This document shows positions 1-11,100 of a stretch of 64,000 bases of DNA, piece after piece (position 1 is the stretch's first letter; each line of letters opens with the position of its first letter). The translations under genes and the position numbers were made by a program. The notes beneath the pieces were generated by a model, which saw only the letters and a list, made by a program, of their open reading frames with translations, did not search any database and was not told the origin of the DNA. The DNA is from Blasia pusilla. Lineage: Eukaryota. The stretch covers positions 35,526,001 to 35,590,000 of the forward strand of contig CM114271.1 in NCBI GenBank assembly GCA_050084515.1. The letters are read 5' to 3'.

Positions 1-2002
1 CAGTCAACACTAGGATTGATTTTAAAAATATAAAATTTAAATATTTAACATTAAAATATCTTAATGAAAGGGTAAGGAAAAAGGCCGTTATTTTTCAAAA
101 CAAGATTAGAAAAAGAAGAAAACGACGTAAAATACCCACATGTTGATGTATCGGGGGCTTTTCTATTATGGGACCGGGAATTAGAATCCAAGATTTTGCT
201 GTGGTAATATGCTGTTTTACAATATATATTTGTAAGAAAATGGATATTTTCTCACTTTTTGGTCCCTTGGATGAGCGAAGGACATGGCGGATCTAGAATT
301 GATGCCTTCTTTGTTCTCTGGTCCAGAGAGGTGCTGAATGTACGTTTGACACGTGTCAAACAAGCGAGTGGGCTGGCCCACAGGCGTTCAGCTGGAGCGA
401 GAACCGTCACCGTCGAGAAGGCGCATTCTTTCTGGTCTCTCTCAGTTTCTTTCTATTATTCTAGGACAGACTCTCGACGGCGAATATCCTCCGTCGCGCG
501 GCATCCGGCGGCGGCGGAGGCCGCGTCACAACAGCAACTGAGAGCGACGGCCGTCTGCCGACGGACGGCTCCCGACGGTTTACACACTCTCGCTGCTATG
601 ACACTCTGCACGAGCCACCTCCTGTTGGCGCCGAAGTCATATTCAACCGAGGGCTATATGGGATGCTTAAGGTCCCTGCCTCTGTTGCGCTCACCCGTAG
701 CAGCTCTTTACGGCGATTGCCACAAGAATGAAGGGTCGCCCGGTTTTGTAATTGGCTCTGCCCCTTTCTGAAAATGGAGCCCAACTAGACCTACATGGTC
801 GGGTCAAAGCTCGGCCCTAGAGCTTTGCAGAGTGACCATCCTTGTAGGATCACATTCACAAGAAATCCAAAATGTAAGGGCGAATCCTTGGCCGCTTTTG
901 TTAATCATTCACGAGAGGAGATCATACGTGTCGACGCCGAGATGGGAGAAATTTTGCTCTCAAGCTCTTCAACCATGCAGTCCTACGCGTCCGCGTGGTC
1001 GACGACAAATAGCAAAGCTCGAAACCTCGTTTACTCTACCGGCTAAGAAGTATGCACAATATCTACCATACCTTGCACCACTTAACTTTATCACGACGAT
1101 GCGGTTTCGTCTTGTCCTCCCCCAATTATACGTGGTTGGTTCTACACATGGTGAGTGTCGTCGAATCTAGGATTCTCATGGTGTGCATCTAACATGATGT
1201 CTTGTTGGGGTGAGAGGATGGCCACTCATCACTCCATGGGAGATAGCAAGTTTCATATTGCTTGTAAGAACAAGTTCCATATATAGAGAAAATTAAACTA
1301 CTCCATTTGCACGAGCTATATACAACGGATGAGTGTGATGTGATGGTGGTCGACGTGGTAGCTAGAGATCCTCTATGAGGGTTAGTTCGGGCACATGTGG
1401 TTGCACAAGAAAGATTGCTACAAGGAGGGGAGGCGGCATCATGGAAGAAGACTCAACTTTATAAAGTCTTCTTCACAAAAGGGATTGCTTCGCTCCATTA
1501 CCTATTGAGATGTGTGGAGTGATGGGCTCTAGGTTGACATTTTCTTTATTGAGTGAGCCCTCTTCTCTACTTTAAAAATATGTTGTCATTGCTATTCCGC
1601 TTTTTAACAATGGGTCTCCGTTGTTGTGCAACGTGCCCATGCCAATGGGATTCTTGACATGCATAGGTGATGGGAGATGCCATTGCTAGAGCCCTTCTTG
1701 ATGGTAGCTATGTGTCTTTACCCATCCCTCATACTATTTCTACGGTTAATGAGGTTAGATTTTAAGGGATTCGTGTCTTCTTCTTTTTTTAAACCTGGTG
1801 TGGGTGAGCCATGTCTTATTTGCCCATGCAATTGCATGAGCGCAAGGCGTAATTATAAGTTAAAAAAACTACCACCATCTACTGAAAAAACCCACAAAAA
1901 ATCCTCTCCGAAAGTTTATAGATTGGGCTTTCAGTACTACAAGACCTATCAAAGCTCACCCACCTTATCATCTCCATCATCTATCTTCTATATCTATGGA
2001 TA

Positions 2003-2212
2003 CTAGTCGGTGCCCGTGCTCCGCACAGGTGAATAACATCCAAACCCGAGGAAAACGAAAACGTATTCAAATTCAGTAGACACGTGTCATAAAGAGAAGC
2101 ATCAAAAAAGCTTAGGGAAGCACCTAAAAATCTTAGGGAAGCATCTTAAAATCTTACGTGTCGTCACATAAGGAGGGGGTTCCAAAAATCCCTCCTCTTT
2201 CAATAATATTGA
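2003..2212 (-). mobile_element. Non-autonomous mini-Helitron (~210 bp), apparently nested in a second Helitron-like element (~1985-2376, +)
   Basis: Minus strand starts A|TCAATATTATTG at 2212 and ends with hairpin TGTGCGGAGCACG followed by CTAG|T at 2003; A|T insertion site with no TSD, as expected for Helitrons. Flanks rejoin into another TC...CTAGT element that has a ~35-bp tandem duplication (2296-2365). Confidence 0.7.
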
Positions 2213-3184
2213 TACTAATTGGAGAATGCTCCTCCGTTTGACATGTGTCCTTGAATTTATGTCAAAAATATTTGTTGTCACAAGAAGCGAAAAGAATGAA
2301 TATTTAAATAGGATCCGTGTACGTACAATGAATGAATATTTAAATAGGATCCGTGTACGTACAATTCCTAACTAGTGTATACTAATGGGAGGGTGGACTA
2401 TGTATGTAAGGATAATGTATGTAGGTTTCCCTCGTTTAAAACGTTGTCTCTCAAAAAAATACATTTCAACACGTGTGACCCATTTAAAAAGAAAAAAACT
2501 ATCAGTTCTTAAACCGTACATCGCATTGGCATAAGTGAGAGAGTGGCACCTTACTATCTATACTCTTATTGAAACATGGGGGCTTACTATTTGTGGTAGG
2601 AAATAGAAAAGAAATGGCTGATTGTCTATATGGCGTGAAGCCTCTATGAAAAATTACTATTTCTTAAGCTTCTTGTTTGCGGTTCTTAATGAGACTTTTG
2701 CCCTACACTGTTTTGATTGGGCGTCTTTTGTGCCTGGGGAAATTCCTTCTATTTTACTATTGCATGAGTTACCCTCTTTACGATTCATTATGAGACTATT
2801 TTTTGACTCTTACCCTGCCATGCTTTGATTGGGTGTCTGGATTTGATTTTGTTCTTGGGGATCGTGCATGGACATGTGTCTTAATTAATCATGCCCTATT
2901 GGTGGCAGACACCTGGTAGTATTGAACATTCTTTAGCGTCAATAAATGTAGTGCCTTACTTTGGAGAAAGTGTGGAAGCGTGCGTTAGCTATCTATTAGT
3001 GGAGCAAGTGGAAGCCTTGGCGAAAGTGTAACATCTACCAGCGGAGGCGGGTGTGGGAAGAATCTTCATAGGTAAATTTTGTTCCTCCGCTCTTGCATAT
3101 CACCGTAGCTTAGTTTCTCTTCCTTTCATTGTCTTTTGGTTCATATCACTCAAAAAATTCATGTTGTGTTGTCTCATAAGTTGT

Positions 3185-3817
3185 GTTATCATACAAAGCC
3201 TTATGATCTCGTCAGCAATGGCTATGGCCAAAATCCGTAGTGCAGACTTGTGTAGGGTCCTCCATTAGGTGCCGAGAGTTTCGCTCTACACGGAGCTAGG
3301 TCGCCACCTCCCCCAAAAGCTTGGACAAGCAGAGAGAAAAGCTCCACGCACATTTCCCCTTCTTGTAGTTAGGGAGGCTAAAACTGTGCCCAACCTCTCG
3401 AGAAGGGGAGAGCCTAATCTGGACCCGTTTCACCTCCAACGGCATTGAAGATGAGGAATCCTTGGAGCCCGGTGCAATTATCTGCTAATTCCTAATTCAG
3501 TCAAGGCATAGATCGACGATTTCCTTCCCAATTGAAAGACAGACATGAATAGTTAACACATTAGACCCTTTGACGTAAGGATGGAAATTGATTAGCAGAT
3601 CCTACAAGAAAACGTGAGGATATCACAAATCTGACGAAAATGGACATCAAAACACTTAATAGTGTAGTGACCACAAGCGGAGTTGTTGGCAGCGTCCTCC
3701 TTGCCACTGTTGAGTTGCTCTGGGTGGAACAGCCGGCAGAAGGCCTTGGTTCGCACGTCATCAATGAAAATCGGCTCCATATCAAGAAAAGTACATGAGG
3801 AAAGTGTTGAAAGCATC
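3185..3817 (-). pseudogene. TUA: Alpha-tubulin pseudogene fragment retaining a decayed intron
   Basis: Minus-strand translation across frameshifts gives [49 protein letters not shown] / intron / IGKEIVDLCLD*IR..ADNCTGLQGFLIFNAVGGETG..LGSPLLERL...DHKALYD, matching alpha-tubulin [69 protein letters not shown]. It has stops, frameshifts, a deletion and mutated splice sites. Confidence 0.9.
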
Positions 3818-4404
3818 AGGAATGAAAACTCCAGACATGAAGACCAAGTAAGCCATTGCGTGATGATGCGCAAGATGACATAGCGAAAGATTTTACTACG
3901 AGACTCCCGCCCTTACGGAGTCTTGATCGCATATCGGGATCACACCCTATGTCATAAGCGACAATCTTCGGGAGTAAGATGGGAACACACTTATCATTAT
4001 GCACAGTGAGTGAGAATGAGGATGAAACTTTCTTCAGTGTTTGAGTACTTGCAGAAAGACCAAAATTCTACTACTAAATTTTTTGACATATGAGGGCATT
4101 CACAAGCCACATCCAATAACATCGCTTCCTTTCCAGACGCTCAGGTACTGATAAGAATTGGTTTTTGGATCTAAATTCGAGTACGCGGTAGATTTTGTAC
4201 GAAAGAATTTCTTGGTTGACAATTGGAAGTTTCGCACTTGCATTGTAAGTTTTACAATCACACTTTAGATGGTGAGCGCTCACTGGAAAACGCAAGGTCG
4301 GGAGATGAGTACCCCTTATCGTCTCCCGACCTTCTTTCCTCCCAATTCTCTCTCTGCACCGTCCAACCAAGGATCTCGTCACCATGATTACTCACTCACT
4401 CATC

Positions 4405-4690
4405 TCTCTCTCTCTCTCTTGGTTTCACGGAAGTAGCCGAGTCCGACCACAACATATGGACGATTGATCTCGCCTTTTCATTGACATTGAAATCTATTGT
4501 GCCACGTCATTACTCGTGGAAGAAGAACTAGGCATCTCCCAATTAAATCATCATGAAATCCTCCAATTTGCGCATCTCTCTCCCTCTCTTGGTTTCACGG
4601 AGTTACGACATATGGACTTCTACTTGACATTGAAATCTCTGCTCGTCATTACTGGGAACTTCTCTCCCAATTAAATCATCATGAAATGCG
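4405..4690. repeat. Local degenerate direct repeat (two copies, plus a shorter third copy at ~5445-5500)
   Basis: (CT)n-TGGTTTCACGGA...ACATATGGAC...TTGACATTGAAATCT...CTCCCAATTAAATCATCATGAAAT occurs at ~4405-4560 and ~4577-4688. A further deleted version (GAGTTACGACACATGGACATTGAAACCTCTGCTGGGAAC) lies at ~5463-5500. Confidence 0.7.
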
Positions 4691-5499
4691 TATAACGTTC
4701 TACTCATTTCTGCTGGTGTGGTGAATCTACTAAATTCGGATCGCGATACCAATTTCTACGCTTGAATGTTTCTACTCATCAAAATTCATCAAAATTGGTA
4801 TTGCGTTGGTGCATCTCTTGAATTTGTCGTGCGCATACATATCGTTACACAACATACATCGCTGGTCATATCTACACCACACAACACCGATCTTCCCCAC
4901 ACACGGGTCGATCCACACATGTACAAAAATCAACTCATACATATACATGGAGAAAAATAAAGAGTAGTAAAAACGACACACCTGGCCTAAAATTCCACTC
5001 CTCAATCTACATCGGCATATTGAGCCTCGTCCACCATGTGCTATCAAGGAATCCGGACGCTAGTACCCTAGTCCTAGCTCACACACATACAAGGGAGGTG
5101 CTCCAACGGCCAACATGAGAAATATGGCTTAGGAAAGCCATCTTCCTCTCTTATACAGGGTTGGGAAGAGCCAAAAGGCTCTTCCCCTAAAAATAGCCCT
5201 CCCCTTGGTAACCTGCGTGCACAGGTTATTAGGGGCGGGTGACCTAGTCAACAAGTCATCCGGCTGTAAAAGACCTCAACATGAAAGTTGTCAAAAACGA
5301 TGTTCCTGACACAATGGACCTATTCTCAACCTCATCCGACACCGTGGGACAAAGTTACACTCAAGATAGTCCGCTGGCTCCTACGCCCTATCCACGATAG
5401 ATCTCGGCCTATCGGCTACTCAAATGTGACAAATTCCTGGAGCCTCTCTCTCTCTCTCTCTCTGAGTTACGACACATGGACATTGAAACCTCTGCTGGG

Positions 5500-5935
5500 A
5501 ACGAGCCTTCACGGCGGCCTAGGCAGTGATGTATGCAACATAGCCAGACATCAAAATGGCCACAAGAGAGTAGCTGCAAGTCAGAATCCATCCTTGGACA
5601 GGTAATCTCTTCGGAGCGTCCTTATAGACAAGTCCTTTTGTGTTGGTGGTGAACATGCGATTCCACTCCTCCTCTGTAGTGTTCGCAATCTCGGGATAAT
5701 TGTTGCACATCACACCTGCCAACGCCACCACCGCGTTCACTTGTCCTAATGCTTCCTCAACCCCATCAAACAAGGCCTGCACGTCAGCATCCACACCAAC
5801 ATTTCCCTTCATAACCATGGCTTTCCCTCTCGTTTGACCTACGAGATTACATAGTGTCAACGTACCCCCAAGGGCAGTTTCTCCCACCCTCCCTTAACTG
5901 CACCATAGTGCAATATCGTAATCCAATCGTGGGGA
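5500..5935 (-). pseudogene. Short-chain dehydrogenase/reductase (3-oxoacyl-ACP/aldehyde reductase-like) pseudogene fragment
   Basis: ORF 5519-5887 reads GNVGVDADVQALFDGVEEALGQVNAVVALAGV..IANTTEEEWNRMFTTNTKG..SYSLVAILMSGYVAY, a classical SDR core. The catalytic YxxxK lysine is replaced by TAG (YITA*AAVKA), and the N-terminal glycine-rich motif is decayed and cut at 5935. Confidence 0.85.
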
Positions 5936-6251
5936 TCTACTACGTAGTATGTATGTAGTCAAACGCAACGTCCGGGGAGAACCGGCGTTACGTGTTGAGC
6001 TGGCCGGTAGAATTTGAGAATTGCCGAATCAGGTCGTCAGTTACCGGCCAAAAACCGAGGGCTCGAGGGAGGGTGTCCTTCGTATTCGTATATGTTTAGC
6101 CGGCTGGAATGAAAACTTTGAAAATTGCCGCTCGGGTTTGTAGAGACCGGAAATGTACCCGTTGTCACGAAAAATCTCCCCGGACCATGGTCAAACGAGT
6201 CATTTTTATAACATATATGTTTACCCGTGCATCGCACGGGCACCTTACTAG
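5936..6251 (+). mobile_element. Non-autonomous mini-Helitron
   Basis: Starts A|TCTACTAC at 5936; perfect hairpin CCCGTGC-ATC-GCACGGG at 6224-6240; ends CTAG|T at 6248-6251. Confidence 0.8.
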
Positions 6252-6339
6252 TGTGTTTGAACGTGATGACACCCGCGATGGCTACGGGCACGGCCATTCG
6301 CCGTAGCAGTTCGAACGAAAGGGGATCTCCTCCTCTCCG

Positions 6340-6782
6340 CAATCATATAAAATAAAATCGCTCGTGCGCCACTTTCCTGCGGCCGTAAGCTCAACGGGTG
6401 TTCGGAGCCGCTCTCGTAAAGGCTTTGCAAAGGCAAGTGCCAAAGGAGGAGACGCACCGACAGACAGACGGTATTCCGAATATTGTGCGGCATATGCTCT
6501 CAAAGGGACCAAAATTTCGACGATATGAATGGCCCTCTCTCATCTCTGCGGAGTCCGGTGCGGAGGCGGTGACAGCAGCAGCAGCAGCGGAAGAAGGAAG
6601 ATCTGCGGCAAAGCGCTCCAGATCGGAGAGCTCCGTGCCATCGCATTGCATTGCATTGCATTGCGTTGCATGGCGCAGGCGCGCTGTGATGAAGCCTTGC
6701 AAGGCCGAGCAGCAGAAGCGGTAGCAGCAGCAGAAGCAGCGACGGTGGCGGCGGCGGCGGCGGGGCCGAATTATCGGAGTCG
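6340..6782 (+). promoter_or_regulatory. Probable promoter and first exon of the carrier gene
   Basis: TATA-like CATATAAAATAAA at ~6344; GC-rich leader with (GCA)n and (GCATT)n tracts; ATG at 6670 (MAQARCDEALQG..poly-Ala); strong donor CG|GTGAGC at 6782/6783. The phase does not join directly to exon 8151, so intermediate exons or a non-coding role are possible. Confidence 0.45.
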
Positions 6783-8150
6783 GTGAGCTTCAAATCCAAA
6801 TTCCAGTGGAACTAATATTCTCAGTGGCGCGGTGATTTCAGAAGCAGCGCGCAGAAGCCCGATCTCAGACCCTCCTGTACCTGGGAAGATTCGTGTCCAG
6901 AGAGGCTCTACAGAGTCGATCGCCCTTATATACACACATGTATACATGTACGTGTTGATAGAGAGATATGGAGATACAAATGAACGCAACTTCCTGTGCT
7001 TTGTAGAGATGTGGTGATTCCAGGGGCACTGGGATTCGACGGGTGCGAAATGGCCGCTAGGAAGTCTGACGTTGTAGACAATGTTGGGATCCGACAGAGA
7101 GGGCACGGCCCTGTTCAACAAGTGCATAGAGTCCTTGTTTAGACGTTGACACAAGTACATGATGTGCTGAATTCTGCTGTGGTGATTTCAGGAGCAGATG
7201 ATCTGTATTGTGGGAGGAGCGTTTCTTCCATTCAGTGTGGGCCGTGAAATTCCTGCCAGTAGCAACAGTGATCGGCCGAGAGGAGCGACCTAAGCACCCG
7301 TGTAGCTACATGAGATCCCATGATTGAGCTCTGTTGGTCCGTGATGATCCCTGGAGCAGACGGTTTGTTGAAAGCAGCCCCATGTTCGGACAGAGATGTG
7401 ATTCGGAGGTAGATAGAGCGTGAGGGACTGCAAGGGTGAGAGGAATTGAGGCAGATACGCTTACATTTGCAGAAATTGTGTGCTCGGTTGACTCATAGAG
7501 TACCCGGTGGGTTCTGGTAGTCTGCAAGCTCAGCAGAAAGGGCGGTGCAGTGGGTTCTGGATTTGTACGAAGTCGGTCGCTTCATCCTCTTGCTTCCTAG
7601 TGATGACGGCCGCCCAATGAAGCAAAGCAAGGTCGGGCGCTGGCCGGTGACACGGGAGCAGAAGCTGCGTTCTCTCATTCTCTCTCGCCACTCCCAATCA
7701 TCACGATTCTGCTGCAGTTCTCTGCCGGGTCCTAGACCTGAGATCTCATGCAAGGAGTCTGCATTTCAAGACCAGAGCAGATGCTGAAAGTAGCTTTGTG
7801 CTCATCTCCAAGAAGAAACAGCAGATGCATCCAGGTCGTAGTGGATGTCATGCTTGACCATCCTTCTGTCCAAGCTACGTCGTGAGGCTACAACATCATA
7901 TGGTTCTGCCTTTGTGTCGGAGGCTGGATATTAGTCGATGTCTGGGAAAACCTTCCAGTTTTCCAACACTCTAATTTGTCGAATACTCGAGACTGCTAGA
8001 ACAGGCTTTCATTGCCAAGACCACGCAGTTTCATTTTCTCGGTTACAACTCGAGAATTCACAGTTCTTTGAAGGGATGGAGGGACTGTGAAGGCCAACAT
8101 CCATCTCACTGTTCACCAACCCTATCCAGATTCAGTCACTTTTCCTTCAG

Positions 8151-11100
8151 GGAATTGTTCTGCGGTGTCGTGGCTTGCTTCAACCGCAGACATGGGCCTA
8201 GGACGAATTCACCGGGGGGATGATGAAAGGACATCTGCAGCCATGGGCAACTCATGGAAGAGGGTTACTGATGTTGATACGTCCCAGGTGCGAAAAGTGT
8301 TGGACAAAGTTGTGAAAAATGTTCAAACTGGGGCAGGTGCAGGAGTTCAAGGCATAGGCCCTTTCCGCCGCTTGAACTCTCCGAACGTGAAAGTATCTTT
8401 CATTTCGCTGCCGCTATCCTCATTGACAGTCATCACAGTCGAAAATGAAAGCCCAGCTGGTACGTTTCCTTGGAGATGGAGCTGGAGAATGTGGCTGCCC
8501 TTCTTTGGAGACGCTGAACCAGCTGAAGCAGAAACGGCTCTCAATCATGTGTATGCGGGTACTGTGGCAAGGACAGTGTCCCAGGTACTACTACTACTAC
8601 TACAACTACTACTACTACCACCATCAGTAATGACTAAGATCCACTCTCTTATCTCCCACTAATTTCAGTGTGCACTACAAGACCTTCAATACTCATACAT
8701 CACTCAAGACAGTATGAGCACATGCTTAGTGTCTCAGGTACTACTACTACTACCACTACCGACTACGATACGATCAACACTATTATCTCCCACTCATAAT
8801 AGTGTTTGCCACTACTACTGACTACGATCAACACTATCATCATGATTATTGAAAATCTTATAGTGAGCACAATCACACAATATATTTGTACCAGCGCATG
8901 GGTAGTGTCCCAGGTACTACTTCTACCACTGCAGACTAGGATCAGCACTATTGTCTCCCACTTCTGATAGTGTTCACTCCAAGAGCTTCAAGTTTTATCC
9001 ACCACACAAGATATGTATACAGGTTCAAGTGTCTCAAATGTACTATTACTACTACTACTACTACTACTACCACTACTACCACTACTACCACCGCCGCTGC
9101 TGACTAGGATCAAAAATACCATCTCCCACTTTTTCTTGTAGTCTCTCAAGATATTTGTACGAGTACATACCTAGGAAGAAAGAGAGAAGTATGGGCAGTA
9201 CAGTTAAGATGGATGTTGTGATTGTGTTGAGGAAGACTTTTTCCAATTGCAGGTTGGCATCCATCCAGTGGATACAGTAAAGACTAGGATGCAAATACGT
9301 GATCCGTCCAAGCAATTGCGAAAGTGGAAGAAGGGCATATCTGCCAATGCCATTGGTTTGGGCTCAGTAGGCGTGAACAATTGGTTATTGAAGGGGCCAG
9401 GAGATTTGTACCTAGGCGTGACAGGAGCTATACTGGGCACTGTGCCCAATGCCCTGCTTTACTTTGCTGCATATGAAGGTATCAGCCATGAACAATGAAA
9501 CATTTTTATTGGTTGTCCTAGGGCTGGGCTTTCCTTGACTTTTTCCTATCATGAAAGGTGGAAAGTCTCATATTTCTGAGTGCATATGTGTCCACAGCAT
9601 CAAAGAGGAAGCTCGAGAAGATCGTACCACGAAAGTGGGATGGATTGGTTCATGTTGCATCAGCATCTATTGGTACAATCGTTGCGTCCATAGTACGGGT
9701 AATATTCGTGATCTTTAGAATATTCTGCTTGAATGCTGTTTGAGCCCTAAGTGTGTACTGAGTGAGGGTTTTGAAGGTAGAAAGTGTGAAAGTTTAAAGT
9801 TCAGAATCGGATTCAGGTGCTATTCAGGCTGACACCTGATAAGGTATGGCATCTCCTTGTAGGTACCTGCGGACACTTTAAAACATAGAGTGCAGGCCTA
9901 CATGCATTCAAATGGTGAGATCAATCGTCCTGACTACCTGCTACTGATAGGGTTGATTTCAGTGTCTACGTTTGCATCAATAGATTTTGTCCAATTAAGA
10001 TCTTGTCGCTCTCAAAATGTCGGTCTAGGGCTACAATCAGTTGAGTCTGTCATCACTGAGTAAAACTTTTCCAGTCAGACGATGAGGATCTTTACTCATT
10101 GGACCATCTTTCACACATCGTGATTTCAGTTTTCGAAGCGTTTAGATCGGTGGTGGCTGCTGAGGGAATCGGTGGTCTATACAGAGGTTTCTGGCCAACG
10201 CTCATGCGAGATGTACCTGAGATTGCAATACAGGTAATTGTTCCCAATGTATTTCTTCTTTTCATAGTTGATGAGTCTTAATCTAATGACAGAGACCGGG
10301 AAGCTGCAATATATGTCTCCTGCACTCAGTAACATCTGCTCTGCTTCCTGTCCAACCAGAGGCGATTGCTCTGGAAGACCAAAGATCTCACAAACCATAG
10401 TGAATGAAAGCCGAAGTGAACATTCCTTGCAGAAAGAGCTGGTTGCCTTGATTTGTTTACATCTACCTTGTACTCAGGCTGTAATAATTATTGTAGGCTT
10501 GGGAGGGACTTGTCTTGATTCACGTAGTATACATGAATGACAAGTTGTGCACCTTTGCTACTGAAGAACTGCTTTAGATTAGTGTTAGGCCTTTTGAATG
10601 TTGTGTGTAGAGAGTTCACTTGTATGGATATTGATGGACGTTTGCAGTTTAGTGTGTATGAGAAGTTGAGGAGCTATACGACTAAAAAGCGCCGAGTGAC
10701 GAAACTCACGTAAGCGGCCTTTTGTGAGATTTGTTGGGAGCTTGTCCCCCATCAAACCTCCCTTGCTTTTCAGTTTAGATGCTATTCTCTGTAAATAATA
10801 CTAAGGGAAAGATATTGGTCCGTGCCTTCTTCTTTTGGGGCTATTGTCCACATGTAACCTTAAGGAAGCAACATCAAGGCAGGAACTATGACGATGGGAC
10901 GGTTCATTAGGAAAGAAAGTCACGGTCTAGTTGTGACGAGTGTTCGGTGGAGAAATTACTGAATCGAATCCTAGAACAACGACAGGGGGATGTGATGTTA
11001 CTATTGGTTCCTGGCAAGTACCCATCTTTTAGCAAGTCCTCCTACATGGGAGAGGCTAGAGATAGTACAATGTGCATGTATGACAGTGGACATGCCGTCA

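Noticed and set aside
8575-9160. Regularly spaced repeats resembling a CRISPR array
   Set aside because: Eukaryotic intron; whole units including the 'spacers' are homologous and diverged; no cas genes.
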